This document shows positions 1-8,963 of a DNA stretch of 17,682 nt, in pieces. Under the pieces are notes generated by a model. The model saw nothing but the letters and a program-made list of their open reading frames with translations, was not told where the DNA came from and did not search any database. The position numbers and the translations under genes were made by a program. Position 1 is the first letter of the stretch; the number at the start of each line of letters is the position of its first letter. This stretch comes from Bdellovibrionales bacterium (lineage in GTDB: Bacteria; Bdellovibrionota; Bdellovibrionia; Bdellovibrionales; JAMPXM01): contig JAYUEN010000151.1 in NCBI GenBank assembly GCA_043739185.1, positions 1-17,682 on the forward strand. Reading direction: 5' to 3'.

Positions 1-585
1 TCAAGCACAGTCAATAGTCTTCCCAATTACAATATTTCTGGCCAGACCGGAGATATTCATATTAGTGCCGCAAATCAAGTGAGTATAAATGGCAATAGCG
101 CCAACAGCATCATTGTTGAAAGTGCGGAATCTCTTAATTCATTGTCAGGAAATTCCGGTAACTTCATCGGAAATGTAAGATCTTTCGTCCAGGGGTCAGG
201 AAATAGCGGCTCGATTGATCTCAACTCTGTCGAAGTAGGCGATCTCTCAGGAATAAGCGGAGATCACTTATGTGTCTGGGCACAAAGTATTAAATCAATT
301 GCCGGCTCAAGTGCAGGAAATATTTCGGCAGTAGCGAATGGTCCAAATGGGCTTGTAGGAAGTCTAGCTCGGATCTCGGGCTCTTCGAGCGGAAAGCTCG
401 TGGTCATTGGCATGAGCGTTGGCACAGTTTCAGGTGGCAGCGGAAGAATGTATTTGCAGTCTGGCCACGTTCAATCAATCAGCGGCCAAAGTGGTGATAT
501 TTATCTCGATGCTTTAGTTGTTGATCGAATTATCGGCTCAAGTGGCACGATATATCTTTTAAATGGTGCCAAAGTTCTAAACTAA
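1..585 (+). CDS. 5'-truncated Gly/Ser-rich beta-solenoid repeat protein (adhesin/DUF4097-like repeats)
   Basis: Frame 1 is open from base 1 (SSTVNSLPNYNISGQTGDIHI...), so the gene starts upstream of the window. About 10 copies of an (I/L/V)SGxSGx(I/L)x(L/V) motif; TAA at 583-585. Confidence 0.7.
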   Translation, partial: SSTVNSLPNYNISGQTGDIHISAANQVSINGNSANSIIVESAESLNSLSGNSGNFIGNVRSFVQGSGNSGSIDLNSVEVGDLSGISGDHLCVWAQSIKSIAGSSAGNISAVANGPNGLVGSLARISGSSSGKLVVIGMSVGTVSGGSGRMYLQSGHVQSISGQSGDIYLDALVVDRIIGSSGTIYLLNGAKVLN

Positions 586-603
586 AGCTTGGGCCTTTTT
601 CTC

Positions 604-1023
604 TTATCCGGCGAGTCGCTCATCCGAGGCGCGATCAATTTGAGCTTTTAATTCATCATTAAGAAGACCATTTTTAAGTAGCACAAGATTGATGTCTCGC
701 AAACGATCCACAAGCGAGTTCAGCATCGATGCGGCCCACTGCGGAAGATCGGCCATAATGGCGCGGTAATCGATTTCAGAAACCAGCGATGCCACCACTG
801 CGGTTTTAGCCACCGCCGAAGCCGACCGAGGTTTTTTGTCAATCATTGCAAATTCTCCTACAGGAGAACCAGGTCCCAGAACTGTGAGGAGGATTTCTTT
901 GCCGCCAAGACCTGCTTTGGTGATTTGCACCTCACCCTGATCAATAAAATAAAAGAAAAAACTTTGATCGTTTTCTTTAAATAGGTATTCACCTGGTTGA
1001 AATATTTTCTTTTTGAGCGCCAT
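604..1023 (-). CDS. Stand-alone cyclic-nucleotide-binding domain protein (Crp/Fnr-type sensor domain, no HTH)
   Basis: FQPGEYLFKEND, FIDQGEVQI and the phosphate-binding cassette GEFAMIDKKPRSASAVA. 139 aa. RBS GGAGGG, 13 bp downstream of emrB. Confidence 0.9.
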   Translation of the reverse strand: MALKKKIFQPGEYLFKENDQSFFFYFIDQGEVQITKAGLGGKEILLTVLGPGSPVGEFAMIDKKPRSASAVAKTAVVASLVSEIDYRAIMADLPQWAASMLNSLVDRLRDINLVLLKNGLLNDELKAQIDRASDERLAG

Positions 1024-1036
1024 ATTTTCCCTCCGA

Positions 1037-2647
1037 TTATTCGGCCAGTCCGCCCTCTTTAAATTGGGTTTTACGAGTGAGCAGAACCAAAACTACGCAA
1101 ATGAGAAGTCCAGAACCAAGAGTAAAAAAGATATCAGAGAATGCTAAAATATACGAATCACGCTGAACAATTCCTAAGATAAATTTAAGGGCCCCCGTTT
1201 TTGCTGCGGTCACATCTAAACCTTTTGATCGCAAAAACATTTCAAACTGATATAGGCGCTCAACTATCGACGTATTGTTCATATGAACTTGTTCCATCAT
1301 ATGGCCCTGATGCAGACTCTGTCTCGAAACCATAAAAGTACCGGCCAAAGCAATACCAATAGAGCCGCCCATATTTCTCATCATATTGAAAATGGATGAA
1401 GCGTCTGCAGAATGCTCTGGTTTAACCATATTCATCGCAATGATCGACAGCGGAATCATAAACATTGGCTGTCCTATGGCGCGAACTAATAAAGAGAATT
1501 TGAGTTGCTCACCGGCAAAGTTATAATCGAGACCAGAGTTGAGAAAGTTACTCAGCGAAAAAAGCCCAATCCCAATTGCGGCTAAAATTCTCATATCAAC
1601 ATACTTCATCATCAAGGGTAAAAGTGGCATGACCAAGATTTGGGGCAAGCCAATCCACATCATAACCGCCCCAATATCGGTTGCGCTGTAATTCTGTAAT
1701 TGTCCCAAGAACAATGAGAGCGAATAAATTCCGCCATAGAGTGCGGCACCTGAGATCGTCGTAATGACAACCGCGATTGAGAAATTACGATCGAGCAGAA
1801 CCCGCAATTTCAAAAGCGGATTTTCGCTCACGATCTGAGTCAAAAGAAATGCAGTCAAACTGCCAAAGGCGACGAGACTACAGATCTGAATAGATTCATC
1901 TTCAAACCACTGCACACGTGACCCGTCCTCGAGAACGTAGGTCAGGGTTGCCAAACCAATCGCCATCGTAAAAGTTCCTAGCCAATCGAAATTTTTGAGG
2001 CGCCCCAGATCCATCGTTCCCTTTGGAACACCTGCGCGAATCATAGCGAGCATGATGAGACCAGGACCAAGATTAATAAAAAAGTTTGTTCGCCATCCGT
2101 AATTATCGGTGAGCCAGCCACCAAAAGAGGGCCCTAAGGTCGGTGCAAGTGTGGCAGTAAGACCAAAGATCACCATCCCGATGGTGCGCATATTACTTGG
2201 CATATAATAAAGAACCATTTGAAACGCCATCGGGATAAGTGTTCCGCCAAAAAAACCCTGCATCACGCGAAACACGATCATACTATTTAAGTTCCAAGCA
2301 AGACCACACAAGATTGAAGATACAATGAACATGACCGTATTGATCGAAATGAATTTTCGAATGCCGATCACCTCAGAAAAAACTCCAGTTATAGGAATCA
2401 CGACGATTTCAGCGATCAAATAGGCTGTTGAAATCCAGCTTCCTTCAAGGAGATCAAGCCCAAGCGATCCTTGAATTTCTCGCAAAGAGGCATTGGTGAT
2501 TTGAATATCGAGAATTGCCATAAATGCAGCGAGAGCACCGCCCAAGACGGCGGACCATTCCCTCCAGGTCATGACCCAGGTGGTGGTTGGCTGAAGATGT
2601 TCAGCCATATATCCCTCAATCTGTTGTCTTAAGTCAGAAATTGCCAT
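1037..2647 (-). CDS. emrB: DHA2 (EmrB/QacA) family MFS efflux transporter
   Basis: Motifs FMAILDIQITNASL, WISTAYLIAE, FRVMQGFFGG, APTLGPSFGGWLTDNYGWR, ASSIFNMMRNMGGSIG. About 14 hydrophobic segments. Symbol is family-level. Confidence 0.93.
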   Translation of the reverse strand: MAISDLRQQIEGYMAEHLQPTTTWVMTWREWSAVLGGALAAFMAILDIQITNASLREIQGSLGLDLLEGSWISTAYLIAEIVVIPITGVFSEVIGIRKFISINTVMFIVSSILCGLAWNLNSMIVFRVMQGFFGGTLIPMAFQMVLYYMPSNMRTIGMVIFGLTATLAPTLGPSFGGWLTDNYGWRTNFFINLGPGLIMLAMIRAGVPKGTMDLGRLKNFDWLGTFTMAIGLATLTYVLEDGSRVQWFEDESIQICSLVAFGSLTAFLLTQIVSENPLLKLRVLLDRNFSIAVVITTISGAALYGGIYSLSLFLGQLQNYSATDIGAVMMWIGLPQILVMPLLPLMMKYVDMRILAAIGIGLFSLSNFLNSGLDYNFAGEQLKFSLLVRAIGQPMFMIPLSIIAMNMVKPEHSADASSIFNMMRNMGGSIGIALAGTFMVSRQSLHQGHMMEQVHMNNTSIVERLYQFEMFLRSKGLDVTAAKTGALKFILGIVQRDSYILAFSDIFFTLGSGLLICVVLVLLTRKTQFKEGGLAE

Positions 2648-2651
2648 TTAT

Positions 2652-3551
2652 TCACTTCACAAGAATGGTTGGAACCACCGACATTCCGGGCCTTAGTTCA
2701 TAACCAGGTTTGCGTTCGAGAGAGATTTTCACCGGGAACCTCTGCACAATTTTTGTAAAATTTCCGGTGGCATTTTCGGGCGGAATCAAACTCATTGCAG
2801 CTCCACTCGACGGATAAATGCTTTCGACCTTTCCGTTGAAAACGATATGCGGGTAACTGTCTACTGTGGCCTCTACGGCCATTCCTCGCGCCACCTTATT
2901 AACTTGAGTTTCCTTGAAGTTGGCGCGCAGCCAGATCTTTTCTTGTGATACAATTGTCATGAGAGTTTGGCCTGGCTGCACGAATTGCCCAGAGTGAACG
3001 CCTTGTTTGCTGACAACGCCGTCAACTGGCGCAACTACTTTGGTAAACTTCATTTTCAAAAGCGTACCATCGCGATCGGCGCGCATCGAAGTTGCGACCG
3101 CTTCAGCAGTTTCAAGATCTGAATTAGAAATCACGCTGTCATGATGAAGCGACTTGAGGCGACCTAAATCAATCGCTGCCTTTTTATACTTGGCCTCTTT
3201 GTACTCAAGTTCAATTTGCAGGTCTGAATCGTCTAATTCAATAATCGGTTGCCCTTTTTTAACAACATCATTCTCCTCTACCAAAACATTCTTCACATAT
3301 CCCATAATATGAGAATTCAGGGGATAAAGATCAGCTTCGATATAGGCATTGTCGGTCGAGATGTGGCTCGACGAGTAAACAAACCAAATATAAGACATGG
3401 TCGAAATAATCACCAAAGCGACACCAGCACCAATCATGACGATCATTTTTTTCTTCTTCAAGTCGTCGGCACGACTTTTTGCTTTAAAAATCGCTTCGTC
3501 AATAGTGGTTGTTTCCTGAGTTTCTTCGAGCTTTCTAACTGGAGAATTCAT
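2652..3551 (-). CDS. emrA: HlyD/EmrA family membrane fusion protein
   Basis: N-terminal TM helix, STDNAYI, lipoyl halves (GYVKNVLVEEND..VKKGQ; VAPVDGVV), ANFKETQ and PPENATGNFTKIVQRFPVKI. Start placed at ATG 3551, which overlaps the upstream stop (ATGA) and has a GGAG RBS. Confidence 0.93.
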   Translation of the reverse strand: MNSPVRKLEETQETTTIDEAIFKAKSRADDLKKKKMIVMIGAGVALVIISTMSYIWFVYSSSHISTDNAYIEADLYPLNSHIMGYVKNVLVEENDVVKKGQPIIELDDSDLQIELEYKEAKYKKAAIDLGRLKSLHHDSVISNSDLETAEAVATSMRADRDGTLLKMKFTKVVAPVDGVVSKQGVHSGQFVQPGQTLMTIVSQEKIWLRANFKETQVNKVARGMAVEATVDSYPHIVFNGKVESIYPSSGAAMSLIPPENATGNFTKIVQRFPVKISLERKPGYELRPGMSVVPTILVK

Positions 3552-4846
3552 TTTTCTGACTCCGTTTTTTGGGTGCAATGTTCAAGATTACCAATCGCAC
3601 GACAGTAATTGAGTTTGGCTGCCTCATAAGCAAATTGAACTTGTACGTTCAGTTCATGAGCATTTGCCATATTAATCTGGGCCGTATTGAGTTCAAGACT
3701 ACTGATAGAACCTCTGCCGTGTTTTTTTTCTGCAAAATCTAATTCTTTGTCGCTAATCTCAATTTGTCTTTTTGAGAGCGACAAAGCAGCCCTGGCACTT
3801 TTAAGTTGAGCAACGGCCACTTTGAGTTGGTTCAAGCTATCATTCGCGAGTTGATCTCGTTGAAAACTGGCCATCGAAACCTTCACCGATTGCTCTTGCA
3901 CTCTTCCAGAGTGTAATCCACCTGAAAGTATCGGAATTGTCAGCTGAATGCCGGCGAGGCCGGTCATTGGATGACCCAGTCCACTCGGGATCGAAGCGCC
4001 GACAAAAGAAGTTTCGCCAAATAAAACGATCTTTGGATTGGACTCTTTCTTCGCTTCCTTCACCAGCGCTTCAGCCGCTGTCACGGTTGCCTGTGAAGCT
4101 ATGAAATCTGGTTTGTCAGTTAAATATTTATTTCCGGCCTCTTCAAGTTTATTTTCATCAATCATCGAAACTTTCAGCTGATCGACTTCACACCCGAGAT
4201 CGGATTTTGTCAGGGTATTTCCCAGATCTTTGCAAGCTTTGATGAAGGCTGTTTCAGCCTCAAGTTGTTTGAATTTTTGAAGCTCGACCAAGCCTTCGGC
4301 GCGCTGAACATCTAAATCAATACCAAAACCTGAAGCGAACTTTCTCTTTGCTGCATACAAAATTTTGAGATCTCGATCGAGATTAGACCCAATGACATCT
4401 TGTTGGCGTTTGATTTTTTGCAGCGTTAATAGTTGCAATAGTGCGAGCAGACTCAATTCAGTTTTAAAATGCTTTTCATTGGCTGCCTGTATTTTTGTAT
4501 TTGCAATGGCTGCATCAATGCGCGCACTAGAGGCCGAATCCCAAAGCGCAATCCCACCTTGCAAGCCAACCGAACCAATTCCCACGACGTCGATATCACT
4601 CGGAGGTGTCAGGCCATATTGAACCGGATTAATTTTTGCAGCCATTTGCCTTGCACTGAAACTCACAAATGGCGATAAAGCCGCCTGGGCTTGCTCTAAC
4701 TTTGAGGCCGCATCTTGGCCTTGGGCTTCGACTTGGCGCCAACGATTACCCGATGTCTGCAAAAGTTCAATGACGTCTTTTGCAGTGAGAACAGACGCAC
4801 CAGAGGATTCAACAAAAATTAAAATTGTCGCAAAAAGATATTTCAT
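3548..4846 (-). CDS. tolC: TolC family outer membrane efflux protein
   Basis: Signal peptide and two OEP-like repeats (RKFASGFGIDLDVQRA; KKHGRGSISSLELNTA), plus GIQLTIPILSGG. Translationally coupled to emrA. Confidence 0.85.
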   Translation of the reverse strand: MKYLFATILIFVESSGASVLTAKDVIELLQTSGNRWRQVEAQGQDAASKLEQAQAALSPFVSFSARQMAAKINPVQYGLTPPSDIDVVGIGSVGLQGGIALWDSASSARIDAAIANTKIQAANEKHFKTELSLLALLQLLTLQKIKRQQDVIGSNLDRDLKILYAAKRKFASGFGIDLDVQRAEGLVELQKFKQLEAETAFIKACKDLGNTLTKSDLGCEVDQLKVSMIDENKLEEAGNKYLTDKPDFIASQATVTAAEALVKEAKKESNPKIVLFGETSFVGASIPSGLGHPMTGLAGIQLTIPILSGGLHSGRVQEQSVKVSMASFQRDQLANDSLNQLKVAVAQLKSARAALSLSKRQIEISDKELDFAEKKHGRGSISSLELNTAQINMANAHELNVQVQFAYEAAKLNYCRAIGNLEHCTQKTESEK

Positions 4847-4912
4847 TTCATCGAATCAATCGACAAATATGCGAAACAACTTGAGTCCGGCTCAGAACCC
4901 ATTAAAATTTAA

Positions 4913-5371
4913 TTAGAGATTTGAAAGCTTTTGTCGGATTTCAGACAAGGCTTGAAGTAAGTCTTTCGTCTGGAGAGAGCTTGCCGATTCAATCAATGAA
5001 CCGATTTGAACTCTTGTTTGATTGATGACGTCTGACTCTCGGTGAAAATACGCGAACCAAAGTTTGCTTTTGGCAAAAAATTCGCGCGTCGGTACGATCG
5101 CAACTTTAACTATACCTCGACGTCCGTGGTGAGTCTCAAATTTGGCTGATCTGTAGTGAAGCACATCGTCTTCTCCGTCGGTTCCTTCTGGCATCAAAAA
5201 TAGCTTTTTATCATCGAACATTACCAGCTCGTGCAGGGGCCTGCCCGAAAAAAGTCGGTTTCGATTTAGCTCAAAAATTCGGATAAACTCATCATTGCAA
5301 TAAAAGACCTGGCGTTCGGGACCAAACGCAATTGCACCATCAAGAAGTATGTCTAACATAGGGAATGTCAC
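4913..5371 (-). CDS. Small PAS-like domain protein
   Basis: N-terminus LDILLDGAIAFGPERQVFYCNDEFIRIF...LFSGRPLHEL matches the PAS A-B strand/helix pattern. Short C-terminal helix. GTG start is uncertain. Confidence 0.6.
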   Translation of the reverse strand: MTFPMLDILLDGAIAFGPERQVFYCNDEFIRIFELNRNRLFSGRPLHELVMFDDKKLFLMPEGTDGEDDVLHYRSAKFETHHGRRGIVKVAIVPTREFFAKSKLWFAYFHRESDVINQTRVQIGSLIESASSLQTKDLLQALSEIRQKLSNL

Positions 5372-5447
5372 AAACTCATTGTTTCAGAGTTTGTCTTAAA
5401 AAGAAATGGCTGTGTGTACCTAGGTCGAGTATGTTTCTATTAAAATT

Positions 5448-5912
5448 CTAGTAGTGAATTTTACCGGCAAGATAATTTGCAATCACTCTGCGTGTGGGAG
5501 CAGGAAAGTCATTGACCAGCTCCTCCATCACCATTGATCCAAAAGTATCTCGGACTTCTTCAGCCGACGAAAAACTTTGATTCATCGCAGAGCCACAAAA
5601 AGTTCCACGAATATAATTGAAGGTGGTGTCATAGCTGAGATTCATTTCACCACAGCTTGCAGTGCCACGTGCGTATTTAAATGTAGAATCAAAGCTCATA
5701 TTCACGTCATGGCCAGCAGAATTGCCGCGTACATAATTGAAAGTATCGTCCGCACTAAGGTTAAAGGATCGATCGCCGTAAGAACCCCGGATATAGTTAA
5801 AAGTTGTATCGATGGTGATATTGTAAGATTCACCCATCCATGTGCCCGTTAAATGACTGTCGGCAAGAGCCGCTGAAGAAACTAAACTGAAAATTATAAA
5901 CAAAGTTTTCAT
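5448..5912 (-). CDS. Secreted protein with four exact-period 20-aa repeats
   Basis: RBS GGAGG, signal peptide MKTLFIIFSLVSSAALA, repeats DTTFNYIRG / DDTFNYVRG / DSTFKYARG / DTTFNYIRG. Confidence 0.8.
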   Translation of the reverse strand: MKTLFIIFSLVSSAALADSHLTGTWMGESYNITIDTTFNYIRGSYGDRSFNLSADDTFNYVRGNSAGHDVNMSFDSTFKYARGTASCGEMNLSYDTTFNYIRGTFCGSAMNQSFSSAEEVRDTFGSMVMEELVNDFPAPTRRVIANYLAGKIHY

Positions 5913-6102
5913 TGTTAACCTCCGAGCGGCTTTTCTATCATAAAGCTGAGACTTGAGGAAGCAAACTTATTGGCCCCCAAGCTTACATTCCCTAAATGGT
6001 CAATACTGTAAAATGATTACAATATGATTATGTGAAAAAGCTCTTAAGCCGCACTTGTGGTAAAATCTCTGTCATACTGACTTTTGTATAAGAGGAGCCT
6101 GA

Positions 6103-6522
6103 ATGAAAAAGATCTTACTATCAATTTTTGTTTGCACTACGGTATTTAGCGGCCTCGCCCAGGCAAAGAATGTTCCCGATTCGGGCGCATCGGGCGATAT
6201 GCGTAGGGTTCTTACTTCAGGTTTGCGCGATATGATGGCGGTCTCTGTTCCTTCAGATTACAGTGGTGATTATATTGGTCTTTACGATCTTGAGTGTAAG
6301 TATGCTGGTTCTAGACCGATGCTTTGCACGGCATCGGATAAAGAAGGCGGAATTCAAAGTAGATGGAACAGTGATAGTGGTGCCGTATTGGTCGGAACAG
6401 TTTTGAAAGCGAATGTTGAGGGCGGCGAAAAGGCTTTTAGCATTAAAGTTAAAAAAGTTGGCTGTAATCTTGTAGGCGACGAGTGTTTTATAAAAGGTGT
6501 TTCGATCGAAACTCTGCCCTAG
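6103..6522 (+). CDS. Secreted hypothetical protein (4 Cys in mature part)
   Basis: RBS GAGGAG, signal peptide ending AQA, divergent from the 5912 gene. Confidence 0.75.
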   Translation: MKKILLSIFVCTTVFSGLAQAKNVPDSGASGDMRRVLTSGLRDMMAVSVPSDYSGDYIGLYDLECKYAGSRPMLCTASDKEGGIQSRWNSDSGAVLVGTVLKANVEGGEKAFSIKVKKVGCNLVGDECFIKGVSIETLP

Positions 6523-6565
6523 AATATTCGGAATTAATTTTGAGCGCCAGGTTAGTTATAGATTC

Positions 6566-7057
6566 TTAAAAATCATAGTCGTCTTTTTCATTTGTAGGTA
6601 TCCCGTAACTTGCAACTTCATCCATAGTCATTTCTATTTGAGAGTTGGGCTTACAATTAAGGCCAGCAATTTTCTTACCCCCTTTTTGAACGAGAACCCC
6701 TGAATCTTCGCCACCTTTCATAATACGAGAAAAAATGACGTATTCGGTATCTTTATTGCTAAAGCTAATAAACTCTCCCCCTCCGCCGGAGTACATCAAA
6801 TTACCTACTTTGACCCCCTCAATCCCTTTTTCGGGAATTGAAAGCTCAAGCTTTGAAGGGCTTCCGAAGCGATATTGCATAAATTTATCTTTTGCACTGT
6901 TAGATTTGCTGGCGCAAACTGAGAGCGTCTTTCCTTTAACTTGGCAGTTAAATACAGTGCTCTCGCCATTTTTACATAGCGTGAGCTTTGGCTTTTGGGC
7001 TGCAAACAATTTGGTGCTGACTAATAAAAGGAGGGCAAAAGTAAGAATTGTTTTCAT
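6566..7057 (-). CDS. Secreted hypothetical protein
   Basis: Signal peptide MKTILTFALLLLVSTKLFA from ATG 7057 (7063 is possible). LC...E..VFNC...K..SVC...QYRFG pattern resembles an uncharacterised proteobacterial periplasmic family. Confidence 0.75.
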   Translation of the reverse strand: MKTILTFALLLLVSTKLFAAQKPKLTLCKNGESTVFNCQVKGKTLSVCASKSNSAKDKFMQYRFGSPSKLELSIPEKGIEGVKVGNLMYSGGGGEFISFSNKDTEYVIFSRIMKGGEDSGVLVQKGGKKIAGLNCKPNSQIEMTMDEVASYGIPTNEKDDYDF

Positions 7058-7170
7058 ATACATTATATTAGATCTTGAAAACAAATTGAGAGTCAATGTG
7101 ATCTTCAGTCGAAAATCGACTCTTCTATTAGCAATAAATGCTCAAAGATTTCTCTTTTCGATATTGAGAA

Positions 7171-8784
7171 CTAGTCTAAGCTTTTGTTTATGCTAGTCTG
7201 CTTGTAGATGAGTCGATGCAGGTGGTTGATCGGATAGTCGCGAATATTTTGATGTACCAATAGATGCATTGAAGCTTGCATAAAAGGGACCGCGACAACA
7301 TCTTCTTCGAGCATTAATTTTTGAATTTGATTTGCAATTTCAATTTGCCGTCTGGGGTCAGTTTGAAATTCAGCATCGTTGAGAAGCTTTAAATAAATAG
7401 GATTTGTCCACCCAAATTCATTGGAGCGCCTGAATAAATCAAGAAACCAGACCGGCGAAACTGGGTCGATGAGATCTGCCCCACGAATGAGACCTTGTGT
7501 GGGATGCCTCTTAGCCTCTAAGAATGTTTTGAACTCAAGACTTTGTAGCTCGATCCGCACCTCTAAATTCTTTTTAAACTCATTTTGTAAAAACTCAAAA
7601 ATACTTTGTTCATTCTCCGTATAAGGAAAAACCAAAGTCGCTTTTAATTTTTGCGGATCGACCTGAGCCGCAGCTAATAACTTTCTGGCGTTCTCAGGGT
7701 TGAAGCTTAGGCCCCTTGCTTCTTGATAGCCGTCATATCCTTTTGGAATCAGAGATTGAAGCGGCTTTCGACCATCATGAAAGACTTTGGCAAAGGCCTC
7801 GCGATCAATTGCCTGGGCGAAAGCTTTACGAACAAGTTTATTTTTGAATACTTCATCATTTAAATTAAATATTAAATAATAGATCAAGGGTGCTGAAACG
7901 ACTTTATGCTCAGCCTTCTGGGCTAATTTACTAATTTGCGTGGCCGGTACTGCATTGAGGGCGTCAAGTTTTCGACTGAAAAATAAATCTAAAGCCGTCG
8001 TGTGCTGGGGAATAATGTATAGGACAAGATTTTCTATTTTTGCCTTCGTGCCGTAATAGTTGGGATTTGATGCGAGCCAAATCCAGCGGTCATGGGACCA
8101 TTCGCTGATGACATAAGGACCAAGTGTTATGGCCTCAGGAATGGGTCCAAGTTGCTTTCTATGCGCGGGAAAAAGACAAGATTGAGTCAACAATCGCGGG
8201 AGATTTAAAAATGGTTTTTCGAGCTCAACCACTAATTCGCTTGATGATTTTGCGTGAGCGCCCAGGGAATCTGGGCCTAACTTTTTTTCATAAACCTTAT
8301 GAGCATTTTTAAAATTCAACAGCTGGTCAGAGCAATTTGCGGCATTTCCTGGGTCAAGAATCCATTGCCATGTGTGGACCACATCTGCCGCAGTGAATAG
8401 GTCACCATTACTCCACTTTATATTTGGACGTATATGAAAGGTCCAAAATCTGCCACTGCTATCACTTTGCCAAGACTCAACAAGAGCCGGCTTCAGAATA
8501 GGGTCTTCACCGTGAAATTCGTATTCAAATAATCCTTCTGCTATATTCAGAATCATGATGTCTGATGAAGTCTTTAGCCAGTTCCAAGAAGGGGGTTCAT
8601 CTCCAATTCGCAACCGAAGCGTTTCAGCCTTTTTGAGATGAATTGCTTCGCCGGAGGTTCTGAGCAGTTGAATATCAGATTTATTCTGCGAGTTGCAGGA
8701 GCACAAAATAAATATTCCAGCAGAAAATACCATCCGGATTAATCCGATAATTAGGGAGATCGATTGAAAATTCAATTTATGCAT
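7171..8784 (-). CDS. oppA: Peptide ABC transporter substrate-binding lipoprotein (SBP family 5, OppA-like)
   Basis: Lipobox-like ILCSC; motifs PALVESW, WTFHIRPNIKWSNG...TAADV, LGPYVISEW, NPNYYG, VRKAFAQAIDRE. Exact start uncertain. Symbol is family-level. Confidence 0.88.
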   Translation of the reverse strand: MHKLNFQSISLIIGLIRMVFSAGIFILCSCNSQNKSDIQLLRTSGEAIHLKKAETLRLRIGDEPPSWNWLKTSSDIMILNIAEGLFEYEFHGEDPILKPALVESWQSDSSGRFWTFHIRPNIKWSNGDLFTAADVVHTWQWILDPGNAANCSDQLLNFKNAHKVYEKKLGPDSLGAHAKSSSELVVELEKPFLNLPRLLTQSCLFPAHRKQLGPIPEAITLGPYVISEWSHDRWIWLASNPNYYGTKAKIENLVLYIIPQHTTALDLFFSRKLDALNAVPATQISKLAQKAEHKVVSAPLIYYLIFNLNDEVFKNKLVRKAFAQAIDREAFAKVFHDGRKPLQSLIPKGYDGYQEARGLSFNPENARKLLAAAQVDPQKLKATLVFPYTENEQSIFEFLQNEFKKNLEVRIELQSLEFKTFLEAKRHPTQGLIRGADLIDPVSPVWFLDLFRRSNEFGWTNPIYLKLLNDAEFQTDPRRQIEIANQIQKLMLEEDVVAVPFMQASMHLLVHQNIRDYPINHLHRLIYKQTSINKSLD

Positions 8785-8886
8785 CAATAAAATTATGCCC
8801 CAAGATCACATAATTTCGAAACTATCAGGAGAAATCAGGATCTCGACTAGACCCAAAAGCCTTTCTTCGATTCTTAGAGCTGCTCT

Positions 8887-8907
8887 AAAAAGGGATGGAA
8901 ACCATCC
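8887..8907 (-). terminator. Intrinsic terminator of the SPFH gene
   Basis: Minus strand GGGATGG-TTT-CCATCCC-TTTT, about 55 nt after the SPFH stop. Confidence 0.65.
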
Positions 8908-8963
8908 CCCTCTATTACACCAAGGCATTTCTTCTCCTCGGAATAAACATAACTCAAATTTCC

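Noticed and set aside
3249..4678. Plus-strand ORFs 3249-3608, 4365-4622 and 4469-4678
   Set aside because: Antisense shadows of emrA and tolC with no recognisable motifs.
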